Below are positions 60,401 to 64,000 of a DNA stretch of 64,000 nucleotides, in pieces. Positions within the stretch are counted from its first letter, which is position 1, and the number at the start of each line of letters is the position of its first letter. Made by a program: the position numbers and the translations under genes. The stretch comes from Macrostomum hystrix. Taxonomy: Eukaryota; Animalia; Platyhelminthes. The stretch covers positions 13,454,001-13,518,000 of the forward strand of contig CATNEN010000038.1 of NCBI GenBank assembly GCA_950097015.1. Direction: 5' to 3'. Below the pieces are notes generated by a model. The model was given only the letters and a program-made list of their open reading frames with translations, had not been told where the DNA came from and searched no databases.

Positions 60401-62157
60401 CATAAACTTAACTTGCAGCATTCGAAAAAATTTTGATCTGTGTGTCATTTACAAAACAATGCCAAAGGACCGAAAAGAACTTTTTTAATGCACCTCGTAA
60501 GTCACATTCGAGATAAAAGGAAAGTTTTAGGCCACTGCTTCCTCAGCTTACGAGCTAGTTTCTCAGTGCGTCTGACTGGGTAGAATTTTAGCTGGATGTG
60601 ATGGCCCCGCAGTCCATGGACTGAAGAGCAGTACACAGCAAAGCTACATTCAGCCCGTCCCAGTTAGTTATAATTATTATCAGTATTTTATGCGATAAGC
60701 AGTTTAACTTATTTTGATAAATAATCGATGAGTAGCAGCTACATCTGATATGCGCCCCCAATCTAAACCGCTCGCAGGCCAGCACGAGGACGCGCGCATG
60801 TGCCTGTCGATTGGGTTGACCGCCGCAAAACTGGGCGCCAATATTGCCAACTATTGCGAAGTGATTCAAATTCTAAAATCGGTTGATCCCGCCACCGGCA
60901 AGGAGGTGGTGTCCGGAGCTCGAATCCTCGATCGCACCTGCGGCCAAGAATTCACAGTCCGAGCCAAGTGCATCATCAACGCCACCGGGCCCTACTCGGA
61001 CACGATCCGATTGAAAGACAATCCGGAGAAGGCCAAGATTGTAGCACCAAGTGCCGGCATCCACATCACCCTGCCGGACTATTACAGCCCCGAGCGAATG
61101 GGATTGCTAGACCCCGCCACCACTGACGGTCGGGTGATTTTCTTCCTGCCCTGGCAGAACTGCACAATCGCCGGCACTACAGATACACCCTGCGAGCTCA
61201 CCGACAATCCCCACCCGACTGAAGAGGACATCAAATTTATCCTCAAAGAGATTAAGCTCTACTTGTCGCCGGATATTGAGATAAGGCGCGGCGATGTGCT
61301 CAGCGCCTGGGCTGGTGGGTCTGGAATACTTTTCCTGTGACTTGTGGTCTATGCACATATTACTATGTCGGCGCTATTTTAGTCAAAATCTGCTATATCC
61401 GCTCTATTCTCCCAAATCCCAGGCTGTTATATCCGCTCCATTCTCCCAAATCCCAGGCTGTTATATCCGCTCTATTCTCCCAAATCCCAGGCTGTTATAT
61501 CCGCTCCATTCTCCCAAATCCCAGGCTGTTATATCCGCTCCATTCTCCCAAATTCCAGGCTGTTATATCCGCTCCATTCTCCCAAATTCCAGGCTGTTAT
61601 ATCCGTTCCATTCTCCCAAATCCCAGGCTGTTATATCCGCTCGATTCTCCCAAATCCCAGGCTGTTATATCCGCTCCATTCTCCCAAATTCCAGGCTGTT
61701 ATATCCGCTCCATTCTCCCAAATTCCAGGCTGTTATATCCGCTCCATTCTCCCAAATTCCAGGCTGTTATATCCGCTCCATTCTCCCGAATCGCAGGCTG
61801 TTATATCCGCCCTGTTCTTCTACCAATGCAGGCATCCGGCCGCTGGTGACGGATCCTAACAAGTCGGATACTCAGAGCATCGCACGCAACCACATCATTG
61901 AGGTGTCGGACAGCCGCATGATCACCATCGCTGGTGGCAAATGGACCACCTACAGGCAGATGAGCGAAGAGACCATTGACAAGGCTGTTGCCGTGGCAAA
62001 CCTGCAGCCGAAAGGACCCTGCAAAACTAAAGGCCTGCTGCTTGATGGGGCCTACCGTTGGGGACCAAACCTGTTCATCCGCCTGGTTCAAGAATACGGC
62101 GTTGAACCTTCTGTGGCACAGCATCTAGCTAATGTCTATGGCGATAAGTGCCTGGAG
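57465..62157 (+). CDS. GPD2: Mitochondrial FAD glycerol-3-phosphate dehydrogenase, 5' part. Exons 57465-57690, 57973-58178, 58830-59082, 60778-61314, 61832-62157; continues beyond the window
   Basis: [52 protein letters not shown]|[30 protein letters not shown]|[16 protein letters not shown]. Arg-rich mitochondrial-type N-terminus. GT-AG introns in matching phase. Confidence 0.96.
57700..57920. repeat. 46-bp (2x23) intronic minisatellite, GPD2 intron 1
   Basis: CTAGACTGTGTCAGATGAAATTTCTGGACTGTGTCAGGTGGAATGT, about 5 copies. Confidence 0.9.
58290..58690. repeat. 42-bp intronic minisatellite, GPD2 intron 2
   Basis: CCTGTTTGA(A/G)GGTCTAAGATAGCACTAATCCATTTGTCGTCG, about 9 copies. Confidence 0.95.
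59152..60497 (-). mobile_element. Full-length mariner (Tc1/mariner DD34D) transposon, 1346 bp, in GPD2 intron 3
   Basis: TA TSD (59150-51 and 60498-99). 29-bp TIR CGAGGTGCATT(C/A)AAAAAGTTCTTTTCGGT with 1 mismatch. Intact transposase ORF. Confidence 0.97.
59250..60317 (-). CDS. Mariner transposase, DD34D
   Basis: HTH region, [20 protein letters not shown]-(34 aa)[13 protein letters not shown], C-terminal WQKC...GEYVE. No stops or frameshifts. Confidence 0.96.
   Translation of the reverse strand: MAMAESFSKQDVRSLMKFQFLQGKKPPEMFRELQQVFGDSAPTEQTVRKWFRLFAEGRESVEDNERSGRPMTATNETVVKKVQELLDDDRRLTCEELSEDVGVSVGSVHTILTERLNLQKKFSKWVPHLLTGEQTMQRALAATNHLRRFQREGENFLSRIVAGDETWVYSWDPETKAQSAEWLPADSPRPQKAIRKQGALKIMHVMFFDVQGILLNWAVPHGTTVNGDYYRWILQEKLRPAIRKKRPGLLESGVILLHDNAPAHRKHNVVELLSGWGWEVLQHPPYSPDLSPCDFFLFPSVKKHLRGIRFDSVEHIKAACQGAVRETDARGVGTGIRGLVHRWQKCKDIGGEYVE
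61392..61812. repeat. 34-bp intronic minisatellite, GPD2 intron 4
   Basis: ATATCCGCTCCATTCTCCCAAAT(C/T)CCAGGCTGTT, about 12 copies, running up to the 3' splice site. Confidence 0.95.
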
Positions 62158-62199
62158 GTTTGTACGCACCGTTGCTCTTCCTGTCCCCATTGGTTCTTC

Positions 62200-64000
62200 T
62201 GTCATCATTGATCCATCGATCCATTGATTGATCCTTCTGTCCCCATCGATTCATTGATTCTTCTCTCCCCATTGATCCATTGATCCTTCTCTTCCCATCG
62301 ATCCATTGATTCTTCTGTCCCCATCGATCCATTGATTCTTCTCTCCCCATCGATCCATTGATTCTTCTCTCCCCATTGATCCATTGATCCTTCTCTTCCC
62401 ATCGATCCATTGATTCTTCTGTCCCCATCGATCCATTGATTCTTCTCTCCCCATTGATCCATTGATTCTTCTGTCCCCATCGATCCATTGATTCTTCTCT
62501 CCCCATTGATCCATTGATCCTTCTCTTCCCATCGATCCATTGATTCTTCTGTCCCCATCGATCCATTGATTCTTCTCTCCCCATTGATCCATTGATTCTT
62601 CTGTCCCCATCGATCCATTGATTCTTCTCTCCCCATTGATCCATTGATCCTTCTGTCCCCATTGATCCATTGATTCTTCTGTCCCCATCGATCCATTGAT
62701 CCTTCTGTCCCCATCGATCCATTGATTCTTCTCTCCCCATTGATCCATTGATTCTTCTGTCCCCATCGATCCATTGATTCTTCTCTCCCCATTGATCCAT
62801 TGATCCTTCTGTCCCCATCGATCCATTGATTCTTCTGTCCCCATCAATTCATTGATCCTTCTGTCCCCATTGATCCATTGATTCTTCTGTCCCCATCGAT
62901 CCATTGATTCTTCTCTCCCCATTGATCCATTGATTCTTCTGTCCCCATCGATCCATTGATTCTTCTCTCCCCATTGATCCATTGATCCTTCTGTCCCCAT
63001 CGATCCATTGATTCTTCTGTCCCCATCGATCCATTGATTCTTCTCTCCCCATTGATCCATTGATTCTTCTGTCCCCATCGATCCATTGATTCTTCTCTCC
63101 CCATTGATCCATTGATCCTTCTGTCCCCATTGATCCATTGATTCTTCTGTCCCCATCGATCCATTGATCCTTCTGTCCCCATCGATCCATTGATTCTTCT
63201 CTCCCCATTGATCCATTGATTCTTCTGTCCCCATCGATCCATTGATTCTTCTCTCCCCATTGATCCATTGATCCTTCTGTCCCCATTGATCCATTGATTC
63301 TTCTGTCCCCATCGATCCATTGATCCTTCTGTCCCCATCGATCCATTGATTCTTCTCTCCCCATTGATCCATTGATTCTTCTCTCCCCATCGATCCATTG
63401 ATTCTTCTGTCCCCATCGATCCATTGATCCTTCTGTTCCCATCGATCCATTGATTCTTCTCTCCCCATTGATCCATTGATCCTTCTGTCCCCATCGATCC
63501 ATTAATCCTTCTGTCCCCATCGATTCATTGATCCTTCTGTCCCCATCGATCCATTGATCCTTCTGTCCCTATCGATCCATTGATCCTTCTGTCCCCATCG
63601 ATCCATTGATCCTTCTGTCCCCATCGATCCATTGATCCTTCTGTCCCCATCGATTCATTGATCCTTCTGTCCCCATCGATTCATTGATCCTTCTGTCCCC
63701 ATCGATCCATTGATCCTTCTGTCCCCATCGATCCATTGATCCTTCTGTCCCCATTGATTCATTGATCCTTCTGTTCCCATCGATCCATTGATTCTTCTCT
63801 CCCCATTGATCCATTGATCCTTCTGTCCCCATCGATCCATTAATCCTTCTGTCCCCATCGATTCATTGATCCTTCTGTCCCCATCGATCCATTGATCCTT
63901 CTGTCCCTATCGATCCATTGATCCTTCTGTCCCCATCGATCCATTGATCCTTCTGTCCCCATCGATCCATTGATCCTTCTGTCCCCATCGATTCATTGAT
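62200..64000. repeat. 26-bp intronic minisatellite, GPD2 intron 5 (runs off the window)
   Basis: CCCCAT(C/T)GATCCATTGAT(T/C)CTTCT(G/C)T tandem array. Confidence 0.97.

Noticed and set aside
61294-63858. Repeat ORFs ([12 protein letters not shown]..., MGTEGSMDQW...)
   Set aside because: Translations of intronic 34- and 26-bp minisatellites. Only 61832-62157 is a GPD2 exon.

Overview
Eukaryotic (animal) genomic DNA with GT-AG introns, GC-rich exons, AT-rich spacers and many minisatellites. Gene style and repeat content suggest a free-living flatworm such as Macrostomum; that is inference, not shown. From left to right: a solo LTR (114-935); a minus-strand run of PARP3, MEIOC, a truncated MDH1B-like ORF and DNAJC28; a non-autonomous hAT element carrying a mutated copy of the 28S rRNA R2/I-PpoI target site; a decayed Toll-like-receptor paralog followed by an intact 4-exon multi-cysteine-cluster TLR with two tandem TIR-like domains; LINE relics; a deleted PIF/Harbinger element; two orphan genes; tRNA-derived SINEs; a Zic zinc-finger pseudogene; and a tightly packed plus-strand TPK1-SAP30BP-GPD2 run that looks like an SL-trans-spliced operon. 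GPD2 has an intact DD34D mariner in one intron and continues past the window. The most notable items are the twin-TIR TLR and its relic paralog, the 28S-target-carrying hAT, and the operon/SL-donated-AUG signatures. All family assignments come from motif recognition by eye; no database searches were run.
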